This document shows positions 1-14,037 of a DNA stretch of 64,000 nucleotides, in pieces. Location: the NCBI GenBank assembly GCA_051294905.1, contig CM119372.1, forward strand, positions 16,370,001 through 16,434,000, written 5' to 3'. The position numbers and the translations under genes were made by a program. Origin of the DNA: Botryllus schlosseri. Taxonomy: Eukaryota. Every line of letters begins with the position of its first letter. Position 1 is the stretch's first letter. Under the pieces are notes generated by a model. It had not been told where the DNA came from and did not search any database. It saw nothing but the letters and a program-made list of their open reading frames with translations.

Positions 1-329
1 TTTCCGGCGACATGTACAGTTGACAAGCATATCAAAGTAAGTACCTAATGAACATGAGACTACCACTCATTCGCTTCATCGCGATCACGCTGCTATAGAT
101 CTTCCGGGAAATTACAGATGTGTGCCACCGATAATGGCCTTCATCATCCCATTATGTGGCATACATAAATATTAATATGGATGTGCAAAACTGAGACTGA
201 TTTAAATATCTGTGACGTGACGTCGTGATATTCACGTTTGCTTTCACTCAGAACCTTTGAAAAAGGTTCGCGTTCACACGAACCTGAACCTTTCAGAGGT
301 TCACACCATCCCTTGAAAAAGTAATATTT

Positions 330-894
330 GATCTGAATGCGATGGACCTCTTCTAATCCATGAACAATATTCATACCAATAGTACTTGACAGGGTAAATT
401 GAGCTTTGGGGTACATTATCGGTTGGAGTAACCCGTTGATGAAACGCGACAGTCTATTTGTTGGCACCCTTAAAATAGCGTGGCTCCGTTGAAAGTGGCA
501 CGCTCGCTTGTGCGTCGCAAGTACTTGTCCCGTTGGGTCCCTGATAATGGGATTTCCGGTGGCATCGTCAACATTCGCTATCGGTTTGCTGAGTATGAGG
601 AATGTCAGGTTGCACATCATGCGAAACAGTTTTGGATAGGGCGGAAGCTTATGGGGGGAAAACATGCGCATTTGTTCGCAAAGCCAAGGGGATATCTGAG
701 CAATGAAATAGTCAGCTCTGGATCTGTTATACGCAATCCATATCTTGGTAGCGGCAATGCCACGTTCTCTCAACATACGGTTGTTCTCGTGCCTGAAAAG
801 CTGTATTAGAGCAATTGCATGTTGGACGTATTTCATCGTTGGTGTGAAACTCACGTTCATCCGATGTGGAAATATTTCCAAATTTATATTAACT
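330..894 (-). pseudogene. Putative coding exon or pseudo-exon of an unknown lineage-specific gene
   Basis: Long open frame downstream of a ttttacag acceptor. The paralog at ~38650-39223 keeps the frame for ~120 aa (TMKYVQHAIA...HKLPPYPKLFRMMCNLTFLILSK) and then frameshifts. No recognisable domain. Confidence 0.35.
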
Positions 895-1022
895 CTGTAA
901 AACATATAATATACACACGATCAGTCGTCGACCACGCCTAAGCTTCCGTGCAATGTTTTTTTTTTCCTGTTACATCCACGTTTCAATCTCTTAAGGTTGC
1001 CACATTACCACACACCATATTC

Positions 1023-2309
1023 CAGAGGTGGTCAGTAACGAAGTACTTCTACTTTTTCGAAGTACTCAAGTAGTTTTCCTCTACTTCTGGTACTTACTCA
1101 AGTAGATGTGATTTTCGCTACTTCTACTTCTACTTCGTAATATTTTGTGATCTACTTACTTACTTTTCGCTGTTTTCAGTTTGTCAAGTAGAAGTAGTTT
1201 AATCCTCCAATCAGGAAGATATCCTGAGGAATTTCGGGGCTGTTTTCAAGAAGTATCAACATTTAATTTTCATAAAAGTTGAGTGAAGCCCAGAATGTTC
1301 GTCGCGCTTCACGCTCAGTGGATACGGAGTAACCATCAGTATGATTTCACGAAAATATCGGTGAATATAATTTAGGTAGCAGGTTGGCGTGGTTCCGTTC
1401 ACACCGCATTGTCGCCCTTCGCCCATATGAAATATTTCATCACAATATGGCTCATCATAACGTTTGAAACTGATGTTTCACAATCTAGCATTTACTTATC
1501 ATATCGTAATCTAGCAGTCCATGACGTGACCTAATCTGTAATAGTGGACTCCGACTTGTTTTTTAGATTTAGAGCTGTTTTAGCATACCATCTTTGAAAC
1601 TTTCTGGACTAAAGACATGAAATGCATTTTCCGCTTTTAGAAGTAGTAGTTATATTTCACTTTCAATTACCAGTATCATATACTTTGAGTTCTAATTAAC
1701 ATCAGTTCTTTTGTCTGGATAACATACATGTTGATTGTTGAAGTATAAAAGCAAGTGTAGTAATGCCTTTAATTTCCGGAAATAAAGCTATAGAATATGG
1801 CATTTTTACCATCAGCCATATTTTTTTTCACGTTTACTAATCGCGTCAAGTGTTTACAACTTCTCCGTATTGCTCTTCGATTAAACTACGGGCCCTATAA
1901 TATGGGGGAGTGTACCATACCATGATATTTTCTAAAACGTGCTCTTCGATTAAACAGAGGATTAGTATCGCATTTCCATATCAATACTATCATTTTCATT
2001 CCATGATGCGGACAAATGCTTATGCTGTCGAAAATTGAATACTTCCTGGTATGTATCAATATGAATCAAGCTCGGCACCTTTCGCATAGCTCGATTTGCA
2101 CCTTTTGACAATCCCTGCGAATGAATTACGATCGTTTTCACAACTACTTACTTACTTGAGTAGATTTAAAGTCAGTCACTTCTACTTCTACTTCAAGTAG
2201 TTTCAAGTTGCTTATGCAAGAAGTACTTCTACTCGTACTTGAGTAGATTTTTTCGTCGCTACTTCTACTTCCACTTGAGTAGCTTTCTTGACTACTTTGA
2301 CCACCTCTG
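1023..2309 (+). mobile_element. Non-autonomous hAT-type MITE, (AAGTAG/CTACTT)-rich family, copy 1
   Basis: TIR cagaggtggtca, 8-bp TSD ccatattc; empty paralogous site at ~39350. Confidence 0.92.
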
Positions 2310-3269
2310 CCATATTCACACATTCCTATCCTTGGTCCTTATATGAAAGCTTACGTATCCATAGGCGTACCAAACACAATGTAATAGATTTATCAGCAGA
2401 TGTGTGGTAACCGCTGCGGAAAGCCTTGTCCGTAGCCTACGAACTCTTGATGCAACGCAATGATTATTATATGCCTGCCAATAGGGAGTTTTCTGTCTAT
2501 CAGTAGGGTTTGCAACGGGCCATGCGGTACTATGTTTTCTCAACCTACTGCAATCTTTGCTGGTGACACAGTCCCTAATTTTGCAAAATAGGTCGCTGAC
2601 AGCTGCGTTGTCTGTATACCACATTGTCGAACATCAAATCATCGCCTCAGCTTTATTGACTTCCAGAATAATCACTAGTTAATGAGAGAGGCTATTAGCT
2701 CAGCAATTACGGGCGAGTTTCCTGACCACCGTACGATAATATAACGAAATAGCAACTTCATATCAACATACCCGTGACATATGTCCATTACTGCAACACC
2801 ATTGGGTTGCATGTTTAAGTCCGTCCGATGTGAACTCTACATTCCTTCCCCAAGTGTTGAAGGTTTATCTGGGCGAGAATTGCCGAACGTCCAAGGGTTG
2901 CCCTACGTCCCTAGACATTCCATTCCACAATACTTACTTGCTTGAGTAGATTTAGCGCCAGTCAATTCTACTTCTACTTGAAGTAGTTTAAGGTTGATTT
3001 GAAAATCACTGCTTCTACTCGTGTGCTTGAGTAGATATTTTTCTTCGCCACTTCTACTTCTACTTGAGTAGCCTTCTTGACTATACGTTGACCAATGACC
3101 ACCTCTGGCTATAGCTTATATGTGCGCACATGCGCAGTGCGCACACCAGTCACACCAATCGATACAATCTTCGTTCTAGTAGTCATTAAACAGCTAGATT
3201 TGTTCTATGGATAGCTTTTCTTGTTATGCAAACAATGGTAGCTCTGGTGCTGAGAATACCCCGGTACAG

Positions 3270-3531
3270 GTGTGGCGAGATAGCGCAGTGGTATAATCCG
3301 CGGCTGCAACGCCAATGGGTTGCGGGCTCAAGTCCGACCGAGGTCGACTTCAGATTTCCTATACCTAAGTGTTGGAGATTTATCTAGGCTCCTTCTCGCC
3401 ACCTCATCCGCGTAAGCGGTGTCTTACAAAAAGCCTAGAAGTCGGCAGCTACGGAATAAAAATGAAAATATCGGCCTGGTGTAAATGACCATAGTAGTCG
3501 ACAAACACCATACCTCAAAACAAACAAACAA
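3270..3531 (+). mobile_element. tRNA-derived SINE, family 1
   Basis: A box tagcgcagtgg, B-box-like gggctcaagtcc, (caaa)n tail, ~15-bp imperfect TSD aatacccc(g/a)g(t/c)acag; empty site at ~40215. Confidence 0.88.
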
Positions 3532-6500
3532 AATACCCCAGCACAGTGGTTCCCAACACTTTTAAGGCCACTTCGTTCGATGAAATCAAAACGAATAGTC
3601 GTAATATTTGTACTGATTAAAAACTTAATATGTCACACTGATTAGATAGCTGTGCTCTTCTGTTGTCAGTTTTTTTTTGAAATCGAGGCGTTATTCCGGG
3701 ACTGCGTTCTAAATGTGATGTTCACTAGTTCGTGAGACACAGCAATTTCTTCATAACATGGCCTGACAATTGTCTAACTAAACTTCCTTCGCTGCCTTGA
3801 TCACGTTTAGAAAGTGCAGCAGTGAAAAAATGCGTGCCAAGAATTTCGAAAAAGGTTAAGAAGCGATGACACGCGGGCTCGGTATCATAGATATTGTTAG
3901 AATGTAATGTAACCTTTCTTAAAAATCTTTTAGCTGGTATTCTAACACTGTGGCATTCTGAGAAAAATGGCCGGTGCGTAAAAATTTTCCATGCGTTCAA
4001 CTTCGATTTGAGATTCGCACCATAACTTCAACTTCCTGTTGGTGTCGCTTTTTAGTTTTCAATGCATACATGGCACAAATCCTGTCTCACAAAGTCAAGT
4101 TGTTAGAAATAAGATCAGTTTTCGAATCACAAATTTCAAAGCTGTGGGATACACGCTGTACATGGAAGCAAACAATGTGCCGTGCCAACTTATATATTGT
4201 CGATAGTGTCACTATTCAGCCGTTTATAACTCGTATTCAACCGGGCAATCATCGTATTAATGCCAATTCGACTGTTTCAGAACAAGGGTGTTGCTAGAAT
4301 AGAACCCATATGATCCGTAATATAATGTAACATCCTATTATTATGTAGGCTTGATAATAAAGTATAGAAGTGAAAAACAAGGCCATGGAGGCTGAGGCCC
4401 GCGACGAAAGTTGAGTTTGGCTTTGGCACCCCTGATCTACGTAGTCAAACGCTTATTGAGATAAAGAAAAATTCTACACCCTGCACTTCGTTTACCCGAG
4501 CAATTATAGTACTGTTCAACCATTGCTAGCAGCGTATATGATCCTTGATCTTTTTTACGAATGCCAAATTGCCGAGGTAAAATGATAGACATATTGGCAC
4601 ATTACGAACATGGGAGGGGTAGGAGCATTTTTCAAAAGCAATTCTGACATACGGGAGAACAGATATAAGTAGGTAAATGGTGACATGAGTTCTCTTCTCA
4701 GCTTTGTGTACTTGCAGTTTTCAACCATCTTGAGTAAACACCATTTGTTATCATGAAATTGAAAAAATAGCCAATAAAAGGCCGATTTAGTCTACAAGCT
4801 GATCAATTATAAACACGATACAGGAAATAGATCATCGCCGACTGTCTTGATAGATTTAAGTTCGTAGATGGCTACTTCCACTTCTTGAGCATGATAGATT
4901 TAGATACCGATTTAACCAAAGATCTGGTCATCGCAGGTTTCGTAATAGAAGAAGTGATATTGCGCCATTAATTGCAAAAATATTCATTGAAGTAATTCGA
5001 GATGACCGCAGTTTGTTTGTCAACCATAGTCGAGTTCGATCTGCGAAACAGGCCTTATGACGTTTCCTCTGGTGTAATAGAAATATAATTCTTGACAAGT
5101 TTTGCGAGTGTCCTTCTTGTGTTTTTTGAAGAATATTTTATTATCTTAGGTTTTTGCCAGACACGATGGGCGATGCGATTTCTGAAGCGTTGAAATATTT
5201 CGCGTTCGTCTCACTGTTCTAGTTATCGAGTCCGTAATTGCACCGGTTCCACTGTCGAATCCATTGCACCAACTTTCAATCTTCAATCAGTTGAAGCGGC
5301 GAGCGGTGTGTGCAAAGGGCATAGACGTAATTAACGCGAGCCTATGACTCGATGCTACTGGGAATTTAACGGAGACAATTGCAAATCTCGTGAATTACGA
5401 CTCGCGCCTTGTTTTCAGAATGGTGTATATTCGCAGTGGTACGGCAGTCCATATTTCGAAGGTCGCCGACACGGCCCAATAACAAACGAACTCGCTGATT
5501 GCAAAGAGCGTGTGTAGGCCTACATGTACTGGTGTGTACCTGTGTTGCCACTCGAGGTTCGTTAAAAAACACCAGATTTGCCAACAAAAAAATACTAGAT
5601 CGACAATAGTACACTAATTTTGAAATTTTGGGCAAATGTATTGCATAAATCATAAAAATACAAGGGGTATGCATTGATTAACGCCAGTGAAGTTACGAGA
5701 AGACTTAACAAATGCCAAATTCATCTCTTTTCTGCAATCTTTCCACATCAGACAATATTGATAAATATTTATATCCCCATAGCAAATCCAAATTTCTTTC
5801 GGCACTAAACTAAGACAGATTCTCGTGAATATAAATAATATCCATTACATTCGATCGAATCCGATTGAGGGATATAAAGCTTGGTGGAGTGTTATACACT
5901 CACATCTCAATGAGTGGTTTCCCACCTTTTCTACAGAAGGATCAAAGAAAGCTACACAGAGATATTTTAATAAATTAAAAACAGCATAACCTAGCCATTA
6001 TAGGCAAGCAAGAACGCACATGCAAAATTAGACTTTAGCGTTATGACGTCACACCGTTTCTCAATACAAATGTTGTACCCCAAGATATATACATCCTTGG
6101 CAGCACCAGTGTTATACAACTGAGTGTATATCCCAGGACTACACAGAATACGCAATCATTCATGAATTGGCCCCGGCAATTTGCGCAAGTTATCATATTC
6201 GCTTTTGTCATCGGTTCCCTTTTGGGACTTAAAAAACCAGTCTCAGCGTAGGATCTTCACTCTGTCAGTGATAGAAATGAGCGACACCAAGGCAATTTAG
6301 GTATGTGGTTGTTTTTGTGCTAAATAAGCAAGTGTAAACAGATAATAATTAATATTCCTCGAAGTAAATATTATATAAAGCACATCAAAATTACATCTTG
6401 ATTTAAGTGTATTCTTGCATGAAAAAACACTAGATTTGCACAATTTTGATTAAAAAAAAGACACTAGAACACTAGGCCGAGTCGAAATACACTACTTTTA

Positions 6501-6704
6501 GTGTAAAGACACTAGGAGTGGCCTCAATGGTGCGTACGGGTACGCGCTTGTTACATCTCTTCTCGTCTCGAGAGCTTATTTGAGTTCAAACATTGCACCC
6601 TTGCGGAATCAGGCCGCAAAATGTTTTTGAATACCGCCACTACACGGTTATCGCTTTCGCCATTGCTAATTACCGATGGCGAAAAACCTGATTTGTTGTT
6701 GTGG

Positions 6705-7600
6705 CGGTGGTATTCATGGTGTTTGTCGACAAAAATGGTGATTTACACCAAGCTAATTTTCTTTATTTTTCCGTATCCGCCGACTTGTAGCACGGCTCAC
6801 TTCTAGGCTTTTAATAACTGGTTGGTGGTACAAAATCTGAATACTGCTTTCAAAAGTACGTTCATGATAAACATTTATTAAACCTCGAAGAACTTTTCGC
6901 GTGCCACTTATCAAGAGCTACCGGCACGATAAAGGATATGCAGAATGCAGCAGAGTTGAATTCAAACCCAAATGAAGAATTATGACGCAATAATCCCGAA
7001 TTTTTAAATAACATTAATGGGGCCAGAACATAACCACAATAGAGCGTGGTATAGCAAGAGCAACGGTAGCGTAAAACAGTAATGCGAGCGTGAGACACAG
7101 ATGATACAATTAAAGTAGCGCATGTAAGATTACACAGGAACAGGAAACGGTGTTTGATAGCATGACACACAACGGCAACTAGTGGGAAATTTTAAGGTTA
7201 TACAAATGTTCTTTCTGTCGGCATAGGACCGGATTGTTCAGTTTAATGAACGTCGATTCCAATGCTGATAAGTGGAAAGTGGTTTTGCCCCTGGACAGAA
7301 CAGAAAACATATCGTCTGATTGGTTTTGGGCACAAACTGGGTTATCAATTAAATGTCGACCGATGGATGAATTGCGCGCTGCTACTTGGTTATATTGTTT
7401 ATTAATAATAATATTATTAATAATATGTTTATATTGCTAGGCTTTTGTTCTGAGACACCGTTTGCGCGGATCAGATGGCGGGGAGCCAGGATAAACCTCC
7501 AACACTAAGGTAGTAATCCTGAAGTCGACCTCGGTCGGACTCGAACCCGCAATCCGTTGACGTTGCAGATGTGGATCATATACCACCGTGGTATCTCTCC
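6705..7600 (-). mobile_element. SINE family 1 copy interrupted by a ~630-bp insert
   Basis: Reverse-complement homology to 3270-3531. Insert flanked by repeated ctaggctttt. Uninterrupted paralog at 41930-42208. Confidence 0.75.
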
Positions 7601-9734
7601 ACAACAACCTGATTTTCTGCAATTTATGGCAATGTCTCTACCGATATCAACATGAAATGCTTCATGACTTGGTGCATATATTTTCATGTTTTGTGATCAT
7701 CGCCGATGCACTTTCAGTTCTAGTAGTCGTAGGTCATTGCAGTTAGTTTTTGTGAATATATATGGATAAAAAAGCATCGTATTATACCATTATAAACCAT
7801 AATAGTATTGTTGTACAGGTACAAGATAGGACGCCCATAATCGTGTAATTGTTGGTCTGCATCTGTAGTTGTTCAGTAATTATTGCTACCGTTAATCCAT
7901 TTTTCGGCAATTTCCCCGGTTCTATCAGAACCGCGCTCGACTCCAGAATCGATTCCGACGTGCTGGAGATTCATGTAGGTAGGTAGACTCCTCATCGCCA
8001 CCCAATACAACAAGTCGGCATCTCAGGATTGATAAATAGCGATATCGATCTGGTGTAAAATGACCTTAGATATCAAAACAACCCTGTCTCTAAAGAGATT
8101 ACTGGTAATCTGTATACTGCCACTGTGCAGTGTGCATGAATTAAGTATTTTCAGTAATCATGTGTATAGGATGTCTCTTGTAACTGCGTGTCGACAGTGC
8201 TTCTGAAAGGAAAATCGTGACTTCGATTGTCGCTGGTCATTAACTATAATTCAATATGACACTATATAGTTCACTCATTGTACCAATGTGTTGTGGGACT
8301 ACGCAAACTCACATGCGGCCATTTATGGTCATGTTATGTTGACATAGTCGACACCGGCTGCGTAAGATCGAAATACGCGACACAGACTATTAGCCTCCCG
8401 CCAAACCAAGCCTAATGGGTGTGTGACCTTCTTATTTTAAATCTGATATCCTGAATCGTAGCTGAGATCCAAACACAATCCAAATCAGTAAATGAATCAT
8501 ATTCGTTTTCTTGTTTCATTCGTGAAATATTGATTGCAGCAACATACGTTGTCTGTTGCGCTGTACGGACCATTTTCATATACAAATAATTATATAGTTC
8601 TGTGAGATAAATCTTACCCTTTTCATGTTATTTTACTTCTACTTCAATTATATTTGGCATTGATCGGAACTAGTTACATTTACTAGAGTAGAGAATTCGT
8701 GATGTTTCTTCTGCTTAAGCAATCTTATTAATTTGACGAGGACTATAAGCCTATGCTTCCCAGAGCGTCGACGACGATACTAAATACACATCGCCACAGA
8801 GTTGTTGCCTGTTATTTTCCGTATTGACGGAAATTAACATTATTCCTACGTCATAAACCGTATAGGCACCCGATCAAAACCACAATCCGCAGTTTAGGCT
8901 GCATTCAGACTGTGCCATTCGTGATAAATACTATAATAAATGCGGAAATATAGATGCATGCAACGTATTGACTTCGTGGTTTACAGAACTTTACACTTTA
9001 CATGATTACAGTAGTGTTTGAAACGGGGTAAGCGCCTACGATTTATATCGTAAGGCGTAAGCCCCGGCAGGATAATGTCAGAATCTCAGTATTCAGAATT
9101 AGGGACGCGTCCTCTGGCCATTTCCAAAGCGATGAAGCTCTATCTATAGCTCACATTTGATTGTGTCTCGCGAATTTGCCTTGTCCCATTTATGCCAATG
9201 GATTGCAGAACAAGCTGGTCAAAACCGTGTATAGGTTCGCAGCAGCAAACCTATACAGCAAGTATAGTAAAGTTCGGTTAATATTAAGCTACCATTTACG
9301 GGTATGCTATGATGTTGTGCAAATGAGACTGTTTGACTGGAATATCTGAAATATCCGATGAGAAAACAGATATACTCAAGTACTTTAATTTCGGGGAGAG
9401 GAAACATTCCCGCAGATAAAGCAAAAGTTGTGAAATAGTATTGCAGTGTGTTAGAGTTAAATTAGTATTGGCAAACATCGAATGACGGTGCTGTATCAAA
9501 TATGAAGGCCCTCGGCAGCACCAACGAGAGGAGATGAGACGCCGTTCCTTTCCGGTTGAAAACTTTGTCAATTCTTACGCAATGGTTCATCCGATAGAGT
9601 ATGCTAGAGTAGACCATAATAACAGGTTGCGATATATAATATAAAATCATATATAATACTCTTATAGGTTTGGTGCAAAAGGCCATTTAAGTAGATCTTT
9701 AATAATAAACTCATACAAAAACAACAACCCCAAT

Positions 9735-9985
9735 GTGGCGAGATAGTGTAGTCCGTAGTTGTATGGTCCACTACGCAACACCAATGGGTTGGGGGTTCGC
9801 GTCCGGCCGAGTTCGACCTAAGAATTCATGTCTAAATATTGGAGGTTTCTTTAGGCTTCTCCTCGCCATCTCATCTTGGCAAGGGGTCTCTTACAAAGCC
9901 TAGAAGTGGGCCGTGCTACAGCTACAAAGCGGCAGATACGGAATCGAAATAAAGAAAATCCTCCCGGTATAAAATGGCCAATGGT
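9735..9985 (+). mobile_element. SINE family 1 copy
   Basis: gtggcgagatagtgtag head, ggttcgcgtcc B box, body matches 3270-3531. Confidence 0.8.
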
Positions 9986-10570
9986 CACGTTTTTTGTTGT
10001 TGTTTGCTTTCGGTTATTGCTATCGTCGGACACATACCCGGTATTCAAAATTATTAAAATAAGTACTTGAGTAGGTAATTATTCATCAATTACGGTATTG
10101 CCAATGACATGAATGGGAAATTTCCGTTTCTGTTCCCAGTATATCTTCAAGACTTTAGGATTTGAGAGAAAGTAATAATAAATAGTAGGAAAATTAGTAC
10201 GATCGCCACTAGGCAATAAAACGCACGCCTAGTTTCGAAATTACAGTTTTCAAATCACACTGGAAAGCGTAGCTGTTGATACTGAAGGTATGGCGGACTG
10301 CTTCCGTCCTGAACTACAGTTTGATTCTGGTGACAGATATACGTCAGATATATACAGATATACGTCTGTATATCTATATATATATAAACTCCGCAACTAT
10401 ATGTAGTCTAAATCTGTAATCAACCCAGTACATGTCTTGCTTTTACGGAGATTTGTGACATTCATGTTAAGCGGTACGGAATTGGGTGGATGCTTTGAAA
10501 GTAAGTACATGCCTACGTCGATATAATGGCAACTATGTCGGTCATTGAAATATCGTTGGTATGTCACCAC

Positions 10571-10765
10571 CAATGTTCCCTCTAATTTTTGACGAGTCTG
10601 AGCACACTCAACAACTCACTGCGCAGACCCTTGGAAAACGGTGCGTAACGACTAAAAAAAAAGGTCATCACTTCGGAATTTTTGTGCGCAACATAGAATT
10701 TCTGTGCGCAGAGACCGTCTCAGCACTGCGCATTTGCGCACGTGCGCAGCTTAGAGGGAACATTG
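10571..10765. mobile_element. 195-bp MITE
   Basis: TIR caatgttccctctaa, TSD gtcaccac; empty site at ~55691. Confidence 0.9.
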
Positions 10766-11729
10766 GTCACCACAATATTGCAGCAACACTGTCATACAGT
10801 GGCATCGTAACGCTTCAAAAGTTAGTCCATGTAATAAATACAACTATTGGCCGATATTGCTTGAAAAAAATTTCGTTAGGATCGTCTTCAAAAACGCAGC
10901 GTCATAAGTTTCAAAATATCAAGCTATAGTCAATACACGTCTCGTAACGCTGTTATTATTAAATCACATACCCTTAATAATAACACTGGGCACAGGCTCG
11001 GATCGTGGTGTTAGGAATGACCCGTATACTGAGTATTTGTATCAATGGATTTTATCAACACCACGCTAGATCGGGGCAAGGACCGGAACCGGATTGGATA
11101 TCCGACCGGATTTTCCTATTTTTGTCCGGAGCCGGATCAGTACTTTTTCTGTTACGGCCGGAGTCGGATCGGAGCCGGGTCAGTACTTTTTACTAAGAAT
11201 AGAACAGTCCAAAAACAAAACATACGTAATTGGCAGGTCATTTCACCGCTTATGATGTCATATGTATTATTCGATTCAGCTGGTTACATAATCGTACACG
11301 ACATAATGGTATATTTACCTCGGAAAAAGCTGCAAACGTCGTCGAAATAATTCGAAAACATGTTTTATGCGCGGATATCGCTTTGGAACATTGGTTTTTA
11401 ACCTTCACTAAGCCGCGGAACATTTAGATTACTGGTGCCCAAAATCAACTGTGCATCAACAGAGTGTTAAAATAGCATTGAAATCAGTGGGACTTTTGCT
11501 CTTCCCTTTCAGATACCAGTTCAGAAATACTAGGCTTCTACTTGAGAAGTGTCTTAGTATTGTTTGGCAATAGCGTGATACCAATTGCTTAATTTCAAAT
11601 GATCTCATAAGTATTGGAGATTGAATTGGCAATTAAGAAGGACGGGGGTTTCGATTTTGAACCCATACCTGTCCTGTGTACAGTCCGCCATTCCACACGA
11701 GTTACCAACACAACAATCTATATATAGGC

Positions 11730-13580
11730 GGATCCAAAAGAGAGGGTCTTTCTCGCCAGCACCATCGAGATGCTTTGACGACGGATATGTAATACGACCG
11801 TAAGGTGACCTACCTAGTCTTCAACCCCGCTTTTGTTTTTCTCTTCCATGCTATTCCGTTGATGCTGAGCGCCTAGCGCAGGGGTTCTCAACCTGGGGGG
11901 CGCGAGAAGCTCTCAGGGGGGGCGCGAGAAATTAACCACGTCTGTATGAATTCTGACGAAAAATGTGCTTCACAATCATTCTGAGAAGACGATTGTTAAA
12001 GATGAAACTTATTTCGTATTCAAGAAATCTCGCCAAATTCTAACTCCAGCATTCGCGCTCAACGGTGTATAGGCTGATTTCAACTTCATTTGAGCAAATT
12101 TTTGATATTCTTTGAAAATTTGGATCAATTCCCACGTGTAAGTCATTCATTACTTCATAGCTTTGCAGTAGCCTAAAGTTCGGTGCGCTGGGTAGCTGTT
12201 GTTAATAATTGGCGAACTGCTCTGCCTAAGACAGATTTAGATGCAATATAAGTTGCCCGGTTTCGCCCTCAATTAAACTACCCTAAATAAACACAATTTC
12301 TTCAATTCCAAAACCGATCGAATTTAGCATGTCAGTACAGAACGACGCCGTGCTCTCTGTAGTCACTACCGGCATTAGGATTTCTCAGTGCAACCTACCT
12401 TGAAATAATTTGATCTCCTGTTCAATGTTTTTTTGCTATTTTCAAACAAGTTTTGGGAAATTTGTCAGAAATGTTAAAGGCTCAACAACTGGAATGCGGA
12501 TTCAAACTTGGCGTAAGACATACCATATGTATACTACTAGATCAGGGAAGGGCAACCTGTATCTGTAGATGGGAATTTGTGCGGCCGTCGACACCTAATT
12601 CGATTAGTATGTGTTGGCATTCGTCGACATGCAAATTGAAATTACGAATTCACTCCAAAATTTTTGAGAGATTTCAACTAATCTTGAAATTTTCTTCACA
12701 CTCCACGCAATTCAACATTACCTCATTTTTCGATTTTAATATAGTAGCGCTCTTCTCACTCTTAGCCGGAATCGGAATCGTGCGCTCCGCACGAAAGAAA
12801 TTTGTTTATGGTACATTGGGCGATTTTAATATATTTCCACTACCGATACAATCGACTATCCTGATCGGGGGTCAAGAAATAACAGCATGCAACCAAGTGA
12901 CTGATAACATTTGGCCCATGCACCCGAAGATGCATTATCATTTATAACTTGCCCTAAATTTTCAAAAGCACTCTCTCAATGAACCCTACCGGTGTATCTG
13001 ATCACATGGGCTAAGAGAGGATAAATATTTGATAATATTATGTGATACTGCTACTATTAATTACGGAATTCATTCGTGAATCTGAAAAATTTTCGCGCTC
13101 GGCGCGACAATATGCAATCCCAGCATCTATTCATAACATTGCGACTCGCGATTTCGGTACGTACAAAAAAGCCTTTTGTTAAAAGTATATTCGTCCGGAC
13201 TCCGTAGTTCACCGGCAATGGATATGGACAGATTAACATAGGTATTTCGCGTCCAGTTAGTTCATTACGGCCATGCCCTGGAATGCGGCCTCAGGCTACA
13301 TAAGTAATCGAAATGGGCCGTGATTAGCAAAAAGGTTGCCTACCTCTGTATTAGATGATGTTCTCTTTTTGACATGACGAAAAGTGTGTGGGGGGGTCAG
13401 GGGGCGCAATATTTTCGACCATCCCCAAGGGGGGCGCATGTCCAAAAAGGTTGGGAACCGCTGGCCTAGCGGGATAGTTGCGGATACCAGTTTTCGAGAC
13501 TCTGGTTTGACCAAGCCGGGGATCTAACCCACGACCTACCGATCGAGGAGCCTGAAGCATCACCATTACGCTATGTCGCT
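11730..13580 (-). mobile_element. tRNA-derived SINE (family 3) split by a nested MITE
   Basis: The two halves match the intact copy at 34252-34532 once 11879-13463 is removed. Confidence 0.75.
11879..13463. mobile_element. hAT-type MITE containing a second MITE (12543-13348)
   Basis: TIR caggggttctcaacc/ggttgggaaccgctg, TSD gcctagcg; inner element TSD ta(c/t)tagat. Confidence 0.85.
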
Positions 13581-13761
13581 TTGTTAATGGGGCGCGCATA
13601 TTCGGCACGAAATTAGAATCTGTCATTCTGTCAACGTGAAACTGGTGAACGTGACTTCTCACGCGACTTATAAATTATAACATCTTTTTCATTGTACGTA
13701 TAGCATATAGGCATAGTTCGGCTACTTTGTGTGGAGGGGAAAGCAAAAGACTTCAGTGAAA

Positions 13762-14037
13762 ATGAGTGCGCAGGTATCCGTCTACGTCGAATACTGTGGC
13801 AGCTGAGGTTACGAAGTATTCTTCGATGCGCTTAAGGCCGCGATAAAGAAAGATCTTCCGAACATTCAGGTCACTGGGAATGTCGGTCGGCTTGGTTCAT
13901 ACGAACTGTTCATTAATGGGGAATTAATCTACTCAAAGTTGCAAACGGACGATTTCCCAGCCGACAAAGATGTCATCGACGCTATCAGGCATTTATGCGA
14001 ACGCGGGGAGGTCGTTCCTATTGATGGATGCCAGTAA
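13762..14037 (+). CDS. SELENOW2: Selenoprotein W2/MIEN1-like Rdx-family selenoprotein, 91 aa, Sec at codon 15 (TGA 13804-13806), intronless CDS
   Basis: MSAQVSVYVEYCGSUGYEVFFDALKAAIKKDLPNIQVTGNVGRLGSYELFINGELIYSKLQTDDFPADKDVIDAIRHLCERGEVVPIDGCQ*. Has the Rdx hallmarks VEYCxxUGY, GRxGS(F/Y)ExxING, SKLxxxxFP. The frame stays open and homologous for 76 codons past the TGA. Confidence 0.93.

Larger units (their letters stand above)
1..10990 (+). repeat. Segmental duplication copy A (paralog of ~34810-55915)
   Basis: Colinear anchors, e.g. aaagtaagtacctaat at ~34/~34834, gatggacctcttctaatc at ~341/~38663, caatatgacacta at ~8252/~42895, atcaagctatagtcaa at ~10918/~55843. Homology ends at cactggg (10990/55915). 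Roughly 80-85% identity by eye. Confidence 0.9.

Noticed and set aside
3270..3350. tRNA genes at SINE heads (also ~34252, ~46398, ~53841)
   Set aside because: No complete cloverleaf; each continues into a shared SINE body with a simple-repeat tail, several with TSDs.
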